NCBI GenBank assembly: GCA_964247055.1
Contig: OZ176055.1
Span: 9,238,001-9,302,000 of the forward strand
DNA from: Paragordius varius
Lineage: Eukaryota; Animalia; Nematomorpha
DNA length: 64,000 nt
Direction: 5' to 3'
This document shows positions 14,818 through 27,280 of this stretch, piece after piece. The position numbers and the translations under genes were made by a program. The notes beneath the pieces are model-generated. The model was not told where the DNA came from. It did not search any database and saw nothing but the letters and a program-made list of their open reading frames with translations. Numbering within the stretch: position 1 is the stretch's first letter; each line of letters starts with the position of its first letter.

Positions 14818-15364
14818 TTAGGCTACTAAAATACAACATCCACCAACTTTCCTAATTTTTTCTTCAGCTTTATGGCTAAAATATTTTGCTTTCACAATGA
14901 CTGGTTGATTCGGCAGTCTACCTTTAGCTAAAACTTTGAAATATCCCTAGAATATATATTAATGTATATACGGCTCTGACACAATCAATCACTGGGGCTT
15001 TATCCTTAACATTTTCATATTTGGTTTGCGTTTGAGATGAAACAAGTGTCCACAACTTATCTAGGTTTATGGCTGGACAATAATAACGATTATTGACCTT
15101 ATGAAAGTGACGCATACCAACCTTACCAAAATAACCAGGGTGACTATATTATTATATTAATTAGTGCAATTTACTATTTATCAAAATTAATTCGATGATG
15201 GTGCATTCCACCTGCATTCCCTCGCCCACCTGGGTGCTTTCTATGTTTGCCTAAATTAATTAAATTATAAATAAACCTATTCGACCATGTCCGTGACTTA
15301 CATGTCCACGCAAATTACGTGTTTTCTTCTTACGTTTATGCTGTAAATTTTTGAATTGAGACAT
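14818..15364 (-). CDS. RPL27A: 60S ribosomal protein L27a (uL15); 147 aa if the 21-nt segment 15361-15341 is spliced, 154 aa if not
   Basis: [54 protein letters not shown]...NLDKLWTLV...[13 protein letters not shown]; GT-AG introns of 26 (15276-15251), 31 (15174-15144) and 25 nt (14971-14947). Confidence 0.98.
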
Positions 15365-15443
15365 AAGGAAGAAGAAACTAATAAATGTTGCTCATATGTT
15401 TATAAAGACATGCGGTGGATATTTTTTGAAAAAATAATTTTTG
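15365..15443. promoter_or_regulatory. Putative bidirectional promoter RPL27A/ATP23 (79 bp between start codons)
   Basis: Divergent ATGs at 15364 (-) and 15444 (+); pyrimidine tract TTTCTTCTTCCTT just before the RPL27A ATG (TOP-like). Confidence 0.7.
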
Positions 15444-17106
15444 ATGACTGATACCGATATTGAAAATAAAAAATATAAATGTCCTGGCACAAAAGAGGAA
15501 GACTTTGGTTATAGTTTTTATCCGGACCGCTATAAAACCGATCGGTATGAAAAATCTCATATTAAACGAACCTACGAAGATGTAAAGGAAAGCATATTCT
15601 CTTCAAACTCGAAGTTAAAGTGTGAAAGATCAGTATCTTTGGTTGTCAGTACAAGTATACATTTAATATATATTTATATTGGTCCTTATGTAAAAACGTT
15701 AATAAAGGCAATGGATAAAGCCGGATGCCAATTCGATCCAAAACGTCACATAGTTTGTGAAAGATGTGATGGTTTTGTTGCTGGTGGTTATGATCCATCA
15801 ACTAATCAAGTATTTTTTTTGTAAGTTATAAAATAAGGTTAAAAATTTAATTAAGGATAAAACATAATAAAACATGAATATATTTTTGACAGCCATATAT
15901 TTTTAATTGATTTTTTACAATAACTATAATTAATATATAATGGCGAGTATTTTAACAATTTGCTTTACAATCCAGGGCTTTTATAAATATTTTTCTGTCT
16001 TTATAACTTCAATTTTTACTGTGCCAAAGATTGTGATGTGCAAGGATAATGCATGTGATTCTAGATTCTGTGAAGCGACACTTGCCCATGAATTAGTACA
16101 CATGTATGATTTGTGTCGAGCAAAACTAGATTTCTCAAATTTAAGGCATATTGCATGCACTGAGGTATAAATAATCAAACCATTTTTGACTAAACTCAAT
16201 ACTTTTTTGCGCAAAATCAACTTTTTTATTTAATGGTAAAAAAAATTTTCTAACATATAAAGTCCCATTAAATTTTTTAAATTTAGTCAAAAAAATAAAT
16301 ATAAATTAGTATAGAGGTGTGATTTTTAAAAAATCAACGTTTTCCAAAACTTCATTTTTTGCATTTAGTTTTATTATAAGTGTTGAGTGTGGTTAAAAAA
16401 AGGCATATCATTACATTTATTATTTTATATCAAGATTAGAGCTTACAACCTAACCCCATGTATTTTCAGCAATTTCTTTATGAAACATCCTACTCATGCT
16501 TTTCCCTTTATCAAGACACACAAAGTAAACCATTAAAAGAGTGAGTATAATTATTGCGTTTTTTACTGGAAGAATAGTATAGTTTGAATGCTGTTATCAA
16601 CGGTCATAACCAGTCATAAATATGAGAATATCTGCTCTTAATGTATAAAAACAAATCAAAAACTTAATTGATAATAAAAAACTTATTTAAAGTAAACAAA
16701 AATTGAGATATATTCTATATATTTCTTCGTTTTATACACTTTTTTTTATATCACGTTATTGAAATCCTCAATTTTTTGACCTGTTATATTTTTTAAAGCA
16801 GTCATCGTCACAGTTAGAAATTAATAAGCTTAAAACCATCAAACCCAATTTTCTACACCTAATTTTAATAAAATCTCGCAGGATTGCGTAAGGTATAAAG
16901 CAGCATCCTCACTGGCTACTTCACGTTTCAGTTTAAACATGGATAAAGCCTTGGCCATTGTTGATGAAGTGTTTGAAAAGTGTTATGGTGATTTGGAACC
17001 ATTTGGTTATATACCAGCCTATGGGAATTATGAAAAAGCTCGACGCATGTACAAATATTTTAATACTACAAATTTATCTGATTACAAAAAAGTGTGTGAC
17101 ATGTGA
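15444..17106 (+). CDS. ATP23: Mitochondrial inner membrane protease ATP23 (peptidase M76); exons 15444-15654, 15682-15809, 16030-16164, 16435-16524, 16882-17106; ~262 aa
   Basis: PYVKTLIKAMDKAGC...IVCERCDGFVAGGYDP, HExxH motif LAHELVHMYD, HIACTEIRA, CVRYKA, VDEVFEKCYGDLEPFG. Confidence 0.95.
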
Positions 17107-17131
17107 TTTATAAATGTGCATATATATATGT

Positions 17132-19659
17132 TTATAGCGAATGAATCGTATTATTCGGTTGCGTTATAATGGAGGTGTGTGGAAACGTACTTTCATATTT
17201 CGTTCGCCCAAAAATTTGTTCAAAATCGTGACCGTTCAAAAATCCGGTAAGGACTTTACCATGTGCTATAGCTTTTGCCCTTTTTGTAATCATATTTTTA
17301 TTGATGGAACGACCAACCCATTGACCTGGTCCCAACATGGTTGATTCCATCGCTTTTTTCTCCATTTCATTATTGTTAAACAATTCAATCCGAACCGATC
17401 CTTCCAGGATAAAATGCAAGCCTTCATCCACATTTAGCTCTGTGCCATCATCAAACGTTTGAGAAACTAAAATTAAAGGGACTAAATATAAATCTCAGTA
17501 GCAAAAACTCTTTTTGTGTGGGAAAATGTATGAAAGTTTGTTATTTTATGATAATTTTATTCTTTGTCATTGCCGAAAACCATATGTGTATTGAGTGGTC
17601 CGTATTTTAGCAATATAAATTAACTCTGAAAAACCTAATGCTAAATGTTAATTTTTACAATATCGTAGTATAAACCATAATGTTCGAGTTCGTCTATTGA
17701 AATTTATGTGTGAAATTAATTTAAAAAGCTATCTAAATATTTTATTCAAAGCATTTAGGATAAACATTTTAATAGAAAATTTTTATGGCATATTAACGCA
17801 TTAACACTAGCTCTACACCTTTTATTAATATTTTGCTGTTTTTTAACATTTTAGAATAATCTTTAAAAATAATAACTATTAAAAAATTTGTAAGTTTTTT
17901 TGAGCTATTAAAAAAACTTACTTAAGGCATTCACCACTTTGTGACGTTCATTTTCAGTCATGCTTTTAAAGAATGGGCATTCATTGATGATATCTTCATA
18001 CTTTTTTCGCAACGAATAGTTGTAATGTATAAGGATTAAGCGATATAAATGACCGTCTATTTCGTAGACTGTGCTTTTCCCATCTATATTGTACAGTATT
18101 CAATAAACATTGATTGATTCAATGTTGATGTTGCCAGATATACCATTTACAATTCAAAATCACACCCTCGAACAATTCATATTCACCCTAAAAAAATTAT
18201 GTTTTAAGATTAAAAATTACCTCTATTTTATAATATTTTTCAAGTATGAAATTCTGTTTAAAATGAATATGATGCTGATAAATTTTATATTAATGATGAG
18301 TTTTATCCCGAAAAATAATTTATTTTTAGGGTAAATTTGAATTGTTCGAGGGTGTTAAATCGTTCAATATGGAATTATTTCAACAAACTGTAAAAATTTA
18401 AAAAACAGAATAAGACTGCTCTATATTTAACAATTTGACTTTTCATTGCCAAAATTTGAAAGAGAGTATGCAGTAATATTGTTTAAGAAATATCAATTTT
18501 AATTGGGCTAACTAACGTTTTTTATTTATAATTTGTGTTGGTATTTTCGCGGCTTAAAATTTTTAAAGGGTCGTCCGTAATTTACCTGGGTAATTTTTAA
18601 TGGTTGTATCCCTGGGTGGATTATACAAAAGTGACAAGGTGCCAAAACATTGTCCTCTCGTGTATTCTGAAATAGTTTTTGTCTCGTTGGCCCGATTCAG
18701 AGATCGGAATTTCCCATCAGCCACAATGTAAAATTTGTTACTGGGATCTCCTGCACAATAAACCTACTAATTATTATTTAAGGAAGGAAATTATTGTGAG
18801 TCATTACCAATTCATTCGGCTTATAAACTTTTTTGTCCATTGCTTTAATAATTTCTAACCGGGGTGTTTCATCCAAACTGTGCGTTAACCAAAAAGATGA
18901 CAAAACATCATTTAGAAAGGTTATTTCTGCCTCCGATTTTTCATGATACACCTAAAGTCAAAAAACGTGATGTATTAATTTAACTCTAACTTGTTGTGAT
19001 GTAATGCTAATTAATTGATTAATAACAATAAAAAGCAAATAAAATAACTTTGGGGCAATTATATTACTCTTTGCTTTTTATGCCATCTGGCATTTCATAT
19101 CTCATTAAATATTTTTACTTTATAATTTAATTTTAGTTTATATTTTAATTTTATTATTACGTTTGACAAAGATTACTTGTAGTAATCGAAATATTATAAT
19201 AAATTTATATAATTTTTGCTGAATTATTCCATATATAATAATAATTAATTTATTATCTATAATTTATAAAAATATAAGTTTTTGAATGCATATTACCAGA
19301 TAGCATTTATAGTAAGAGAAATAACGACTTTTTTAATCCAATAATATGGGTCCTTATTGTTGCTACTTGGCAATGAATAAAAATTTATTTGCTCATATCG
19401 CTTCTAATGTGTTTTTTATTTTTCTTTTAAAAAATTAAAAATTGCAATACAAATATTCTCAAATAAATATCGAAAGTGCATTCAAGCTTATTAGTGAGAA
19501 ATATAATATAAAAACAGGCGTTAGAGTAAACATTAATAAAGCATTAACATAAATATTAATTATTACGATTGGCACGGAAACATCTGAATCAGGTTCAAAA
19601 CTTTCCCCACAAATGGAATGCCTTCGTTGCGAATACTGTTCTTCAACGATTCGTTTCAT
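17132..19659 (-). CDS. Divergent PKA regulatory-subunit-like protein with two cNMP-binding domains; exons 19659-19567, 18951-18808, 18763-18586, 18083-17922, 17466-17132 (5' end uncertain)
   Basis: RII-like inhibitor site RRHSICGES; IIKAMDKKVY..GDPSNKFYIV; FGTLSLLYNPPRDTTI; EIDGHLYRLIL; ERHKVVNAL; LHFILEG; splice phases consistent. Confidence 0.85.
18141..18385. mobile_element. MITE family A in an intron of the PKA-R-like gene
   Basis: TACCATTTACAATTCAAAATCAC.., subterminal AATTCACCC/GGGTAAATTTGAATTGTT repeats; right end degenerate. Confidence 0.8.
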
Positions 19660-20340
19660 TTTTTTCGCTATAATCAGAATGTTGAGAAACATTAAAAAAA
19701 AATAAAAATAATTAAATCATTATATTATATTTTTAGAAAATGTAACATTCTAATTATAATATGGTATGTATTAAACGCTACAATAAGATATAAAGTGTAT
19801 TTTTCAATTTAAAGACCTAATTTGACGTTTGCATTTGGGAAAGATTCTGAAAAGCGTTATATTTTTTTATTATATAACCATATATGCGTGTCTATAAATT
19901 GTTTTCTTTCAAACCGATGTGGTACTTTATTGGTTAGTAAATTAAAACATGTCATATGAAACCATTTGCCTCAAATAACCGTTGATTTGATTGAATTATT
20001 TCTTATGTCATTCGTATTAATTTTTAGGTACATTTAAACATTAGTTTAACAAATCTAATCACTTAAGCAAATTAACTATGTGAATAGTTTAAAGGGTCAC
20101 TTTGCCTTTTCGAGTATGAGAACGGACGATAGGTTATACGCACCAATACTCACCCGTAATATTTTCGATTTTAAATTTAATATTTTAGACAATATAACAA
20201 TAAAATATATTGGAGATTATCTTGTTTTAAAAATAATTAAAAAATTATATAAATGCCTTACCAGTTAAACTTTCTATAATAAATATACAGTTTGGATTCT
20301 CTTTTTTCCTTTTTTATTAAAGGGTATAAGTATTTAAATT

Positions 20341-20470
20341 GTATCCGGACTTGTGAATTTAAAACTCACCTTCCCGGGCTAATAGTGATGATGGAAAAAT
20401 TGCGTAGTTCCGGGGTTATAACTCAGGCACATGTGAGAGTCCGGCGCTTTACCTACTATACCATCACGCC
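20341..20470 (-). mobile_element. tRNA-derived SINE-like element or tRNA(Glu-CTC)-like pseudogene
   Basis: GGCGTGATGGTATAGTAGGT (A box), loop CTCTCAC, degenerate T-arm CCTGAGTTATAACCCCGG, partial acceptor stem GCGTG/TACGC, followed by an unrelated tail. Confidence 0.5.
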
Positions 20471-21049
20471 TCTGGATAAATTTTCTATAGTATACAAATT
20501 TCGTAAAAAAATGCGTATCTGCCATTAAATAAGGACATTTTATTAATTATTTGTAGTAAATTGATCCATTGAGATATTTTATTAAACTGCGTATATCAAT
20601 TAGACGATTGAGATAAAAATAAATGAACATTAACATGATTACATTTATTATAGAATTACGCTTTATTAAAAGATAATTTCCACTTTTGTGGAAAATATTT
20701 TTATTAAGATTAGCAAATATTATTAAATTATATTTATGATTTAAGAAATTAAGAGACCCGGTCGGATATCAATTAATACCTAAATAAATATCCTCGACAC
20801 AAGTGTATATGTCTTTGAGGCTAACATTAATATATATATCGTTCTGTGTTTATCCCAAACATTGGATGTTTTCCATTTGCAGATTTCTTAAAATTTATTT
20901 AGTTAATATGTGGATGATGAGTTGCTAATTAAGGGAACGGACTATATGCCTAAGAATATATCCAAATTTAACTCCCAATAGTGCCTTTTTTTCAATTATC
21001 GCTCTCAGACCAAGGCATGTGAAGGTCAAAGTCTTTAAAAGTTTATTTA

Positions 21050-21190
21050 TTTATTTTAGTCCTACAAAATAATAAGGAAGAGAAAACTTAATAATAAAGT
21101 GGAATGTTTCTCGACATTAAAATGGGAAGCTTTAAGTGGTTGGACGGTGTATAACCCATTGAAAGAGTGTATCATTATATCTTTTAACTA
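21050..21190 (+). mobile_element. Short RTE-like LINE 3' remnant
   Basis: Contains AAGTGGTTGGACGGTGTA = KWLDGV, resembling the RTE RWLDGI motif; short and weak. Confidence 0.35.
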
Positions 21191-21199
21191 ATTTAGCAC

Positions 21200-21343
21200 T
21201 TCAATTTAAACTAGTTCATCTAAATTGCCATGGTTTCGATTCCCTCCATATTTTGAAGAATTTATTTTTAAACAAGCCTGGGGTATCCAACTGACCCAAA
21301 TTCGAATCAAAGGACCGAAATAAATGTGCTATATCCAAGTATT
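21200..21343. mobile_element. MITE family B terminal arm (reverse orientation)
   Basis: Reverse complement of the 7316/9598 arm: GCCATGGTTTCGATTC...GGACCGAAAT..GTGCTATATCCAAGTATTAA. Confidence 0.75.
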
Positions 21344-22297
21344 AAAAATAATACTAGAATCTTTTACTGACATGTTCAATAATTTTTCAATCCGAAAGGA
21401 TGAGCTACTATTTCATAGATCAGGGGAACTAACTGTGAAATTTTTGGACAGGAGAGAAAATATAATTTAAAAAATAATTAGAAGGTTTGATGAAAAATTA
21501 ATGTTATCTGGGGTACCCAAAATTTCAAATAAAAATAATTTAAAATGATTCCTATTAATCCAAAGAAAATTGTAATATGGTTAATTTAGCACACTATACA
21601 AGTTAATATTAAAAATATTTTAAATTGTGAGATTCCTCATTTAAAATCTTAAACTCTAAATTTTTTGGATTTTTCAATCATGAAAAAAAAAATAATTGTT
21701 TAATAATTTTTGCCAAAATTCGATACCATCTTTTGAAATATACAATGATGTATGTTCATTTTTTGCAACGCTTACAATATAGAGTATATATTCTAACCAA
21801 AGGGTGTGTAAAAATCCAAACAATCCTTGTTACAGATTAAATATATTAGTCTTCAAGAGCAATATATGAGATAAAGCACCCTTAGCTACTGAAATTTATT
21901 AAAAAACATCAGTAGCTATGGCCAGTCACGCGTCTCTGTGACTTAATCAAATAGATATATTTTTAAGAGATAAACAGGGAATATCATTGGGCAAAAGAGA
22001 TAAAATAAATCCGCTACCATAAATTGGCCGACTCTGTGAGGGATTATAAATATATTAATATTGAACTAATTTAAATAATGAATATATACAACTTTATACA
22101 AAAAATTTATCTAAATTCTATATTATTTTTATATCATCCTAAACCATCACATTATACTAGGGCTTTAATATTTAGGCATACACAATTATAATTATTAAAC
22201 ATTTTGTTTAGTTAATTTTATTTTAAAATATATTTTCTATAAAACACATATCAACACCTTAATCGATTCTTCATATGTGTAAATGAACGCCTCCAAC

Positions 22298-25200
22298 ATG
22301 GTTAAAAAACAACTTGAGAATTTCGACTACCCGTTTTGTCACGATTGTTTTACCAAATATGAAAAGATCACAAAAATTGGCCAAGGCACCTTTGGGTAAC
22401 ATGTTTTTTTTAATTTTAGCGAGGTATTTAAAGCACGTAATCGAGAAACCAAGCAATTAGTTGCACTTAAAAAGATATTAATGGATAATGAAAAAGAAGG
22501 GGTAACACCAACAAATTTATTATTTTAGTTTCCCATAACTGCTTTACGGGAAATTAAAATTTTGCAATTACTCAGGCAGGAAAATATTGTGCACTTATTG
22601 GAAATATGCTTAACTAAAAGTTATTTTTATTCTCCTAATTATCAGATCAACAAAATCGTTCCAAACCTACGTTTTATTTGGTATTCGAATTTTGTGAACA
22701 TGATCTTGCTGGATTGTTAAGCAATTTAAACGTGAAATTTTCTTTGGGCGAAATCAAAAAAATTATGCAACAGTTATTGAATGGTCTTTATTTCATTCAT
22801 AACAACAAGGTATATGCAATTATATTTGGGTTTTACCGTTTATTAAACGGTCTTTATATTAAATATTATTTGATTACGTGATATAAATTAATCATAGAGG
22901 TTACAAAATATAAATCGTGTATTTTTTATAAAATTTTAACTATTCTGATAAATTTTCAATAAACGCTAAAACTAATTTGTTTGGTTTTGTTTTTTTTCTA
23001 AGAATATATTTTTTTATGATAACCAGTCAGAGTAGATTTTATTATTTTTTGATCGGTTTTCATTTAACTAAAGTCTACATACAATTAATTACATTGCATT
23101 TCATTATAAATTAAGATATTACATCGAGATATGAAAGCCGCAAATATACTCATCACTAAAAATGGTGTCCTTAAATTGGCTGATTTCGGATTAGCTCGGG
23201 CTTATAGCTTAGCCAATCCAACTGGTATAATAATCACTTTTCTTTCTAGTTTTTACCGTAAAATATGGAAAAAAATATTAGGAATAAAACAAAAGTTAGT
23301 GGTACTTCATATATTCGCAATTATCATTTCATTATATACTAAAATTTTTTTTATATATGAACAAAACTTTCTAGGGAATTATTTATTGCATAAACTTTTA
23401 ATTTTGCTCTATAAATATATTAGCCAAAAAGGTGGGGTATTTTATACATTTTTTACACCAACTTATAGTAAATTTTAATTGGTAAATTTAGTTTTAAGTA
23501 ATAATTTATTTTTTAAGTTTATGTATGCCAAAAAACTCTAATAGTTTACGAGAAAACGGTAATCAGTATTTCCTTGTTTTTATACAGTATTTATCTTTTA
23601 TGGAAGAATGGCCATAGAATACACATTCTGTCCAATGTTATCATATCTAAAGTTATTAAATATCGGAATTGTTTTATGTGTCATATTATAAAACTCCCCC
23701 AAAAAAGTCATTAAAGTTTAAAAAGCATCATAACAAATACGAACGTTATCAAATATGTTACGCATACGAAATTAGGGTTTCTTAACCCATTATTTGATAA
23801 CAACAATTAAATATAGCAGTGGTTTCCAACCTTTTTTTGTTCTCGCCCCACCAAATTAATATTCTTGCGGCCCCCTCGAGATCGGAGACAATTCTTTAAT
23901 TTGCATCTGAGATCCTTAACCTTCAATTTGTTTCCAGTTTTATTAAATAATTGAACCAAGGCGCTGATAATTTAATTTAAATATATTTTGAATATACCAA
24001 TTTTTAAATATTAGTGAACATTTTATTTATTTAATGAATAGGTCGTTTCTCCAAATTTTTTTGCGCTCCCCTTAGATACCCTATTGACTGATATATAGGT
24101 TTATATGTTTGGTTTTTAATTTAAAAAATGGATGATTTTGTCTAATCTTTTCAAACTATGTCGCATTTTAAAAATAAATTTCTATACTTTATTTTTAGCA
24201 AACCCAATCAATGCAAATCGATACACAAATCGAGTTGTAACACTCTGGTACCGTCCCCCCGAATTATTATTGGGTGAGTCGATATAAACTTTTTTTATCA
24301 TTTTGCAGGTATTTATTTCACAAAAATCATCTATTTTTTGACAAAGAAATATCATGATATAATATCTACGTTAAATATTTATCCATACTGGTCATATAAT
24401 TTAAAGCGGCGTGTAGTATTATGTATTTATAATCTGTCAAAGATTTTAAATAAAGGATAAAAATTTAACTTTCACAAATTTTTAGGAGAAAGAAACTACG
24501 GACCCCCGATAGATATGTGGGGCGCTGGTTGTATTATGGCTGAACTTTGGACCAGAAGTCCAATTATGCAAGTATTTTTTTATTATAAAAAAATGTTTTT
24601 ATCAATTATTTTTTTTTCATGAAAATTATGGTTTTTATTGGAAAATTTGACTAATAAATTTATTGAGGTGATTAAATATATATGAACACCTTGCATTTTA
24701 TTTAATAGATGATTCGTGATCATTGAAATAAAATCAATTTCACTTTTTTTACAAAAAATATTTTACAGGAAATTGATACAATAATTAAAACGTAAAACTA
24801 AGAGTCAAATATGTTTTTTTAGAAGGCAACCATTTACTTTGATTTGTTAATTACCATTTTTTGGAATATATTACATGAGGGATAGGGCTTTATATTGGCA
24901 ATACACACCACAATTTATAATTTTATATATGTTGGAAAAATCAGGATATAAAAAAGTATGGTTGTCATTTTTTTTCAAAAAAAATGGTATTCAAGAATTA
25001 ATTGGTACCACACATATATGTTATATTTAAGATTTGTAATTATTAAGGGTATTGTATTAAAAGAATCAAAAAATATAGATTTTAAAAAAATATTTTTAAT
25101 GGTTTATATATTCATCACATATTTGTAAAACCGTATTTTTATAAGGGCCAATCTGAACAACATCAACTCAATCTAATTTCCCAATTATGTGGATCTATCA

Positions 25201-27240
25201 CAACTGAAGTTTGGCCCGAATGTGATAAATTAGAATTGTATAACAGTTTAAATCTCATTAAGGATCAAAAACGAAAGGTTAATCTCTTAATTTTTTTATT
25301 ATAAAATATATCGTTTATTTATAGAGCATTAATATCTTACAATGTGGTATACAATTTCAATATTATTGTAAATAATTTCGTGTATGTAACCACTAAAACT
25401 TTCCATATAAAATATATAAATATTTAATAAATTGGTCTTTAAGTAGTTTCGTTTTGTTTAACTAAATAATTAGATTGGAGAAATGATAATTTAAAGTTTA
25501 CCAATTTGCGTCTTAGAAAGAATTAAAATATAAAAACATGCATTGCTTTATTCAAAAATATGAGTATTCTAGTTTTTAACTTTATTATTTTTATCCCAAG
25601 AATAAAAAAAATGTTAAGAATTATTCTGTCGTCGGTCTTGTTCGAAAAATATAATATAAAAAATATAGTTTCTCAAACATGTTTTATACAATGATACTTA
25701 TATTTTCTTCCTTTCCTTTGCACAAAACAACAGGTTAAAGAACGCCTAAAGCCTTACGTGCGTGATAACTTGGCCCTTGATTTGCTTGATAAACTTTTAT
25801 GGTTGGATCCGAGCAAACGGATAGATAGTGATGAATCCTTGAATCATGATTTCTTTTGGACCGACCCTATGCCCGCAGATTTGGCTAAAACCTTGAGTAA
25901 TCACACCATTTCCATGTTTGAATTTTTTGCTCAGCCCCCTGGTATGGCTGCCGCCCGTGGACTCGTTAAACCGGGTTAGTTTAGTTTTACTTTGGGTTTT
26001 AACTTTGTGTTAAGTATGTATGTAAAATTTGAGAAACACAATTATATGTTGTCAAATTGATTTACGCCCATAAACTATGTAATAATTATAATTTTGACAT
26101 CTATAATTTTCTTGAGTAATAAATTTCAATTCAATTCTTTATTTTGTAAAACGATAAATTGAATTTATTAAAATATGAGTGGTTTTCAAAAGGTTATGTT
26201 TTTGTCTTTTAGTTTTTATGTGTTTTGTCGATAAGTTTAATTTATAAATATTATGAATGGTTTTACAAAAAAAATGTATTTGTCTTTTAGTTTTTATGTG
26301 TTTTGTCTATCTAAATCATTTTAATTTTTTTAGTAAAAATATCTTTATGTATGATAGGCGGCCATCATGGAATAGCTCCTCATAATTTACCGCATGGGGT
26401 TGGTTTTTCTGGTGGAATGCCAACTGGAAAAGGATTAATTAGCGGTTCTAATAGACCTCATCACTATGGACTCGGTCCTGCACCCCAACAGCAAACTAAC
26501 ACCGTGAACAATCAAATCAGCAACAATTATTCCAAAGTATCATAATTTTTGCATAATTTTTTTTAAAAGTTTGAAAGTATTATTAAATTTTTTAAAACCT
26601 TCATTTTTTGGTGTTAAATATATAATATATCGTGTTTTAGGTAGTTGTTTATATAATGATACTGTATACAGTACATTTTTCCCCTTGATATTTTTTATAA
26701 ATCTATATTGTGAGTCATTCTTCCATGCTATAAGTAAAATAAAATTCGATAGATTAAGGCGAAAAAATGTTAATAAAAGATATTTAATCCAACCATTTAA
26801 ATAATTTTTTAATATAATTTATTAAAATTATACTGTTTTGATTAATAGAGCACTTGTTGGCTTCACCTTCATTTTAATCGAACATTATGACAAAAGTCTA
26901 TATATTTTTTATCTTTGGTAGAATTTTCCTTATGGATCTCATGGACCCGCCAGAAGAGACCACAATAAAGGTCAGGTTCACATTAATTTGTTTAATAATC
27001 CATTTACATGAAAAAATAAAAAAATATGCAGGAAAACTCTTTTAGTAAGATTGTTCTTTAGAAAAAGGCTATTTTTTGGTCCATAATTTATTTTAAATAA
27101 GGATGTGAAAAATGAAATTTATCATATAACCTATTTATACCTTACAATCCTAACCATATATTACCGTATTTTAAAGGTTCCAACTTTGAAAAAATATAAT
27201 TTAATATTTTCAAAAAAAACAGCTATTTCAGTTCTTTCTT

Positions 27241-27280
<40 letters not shown>

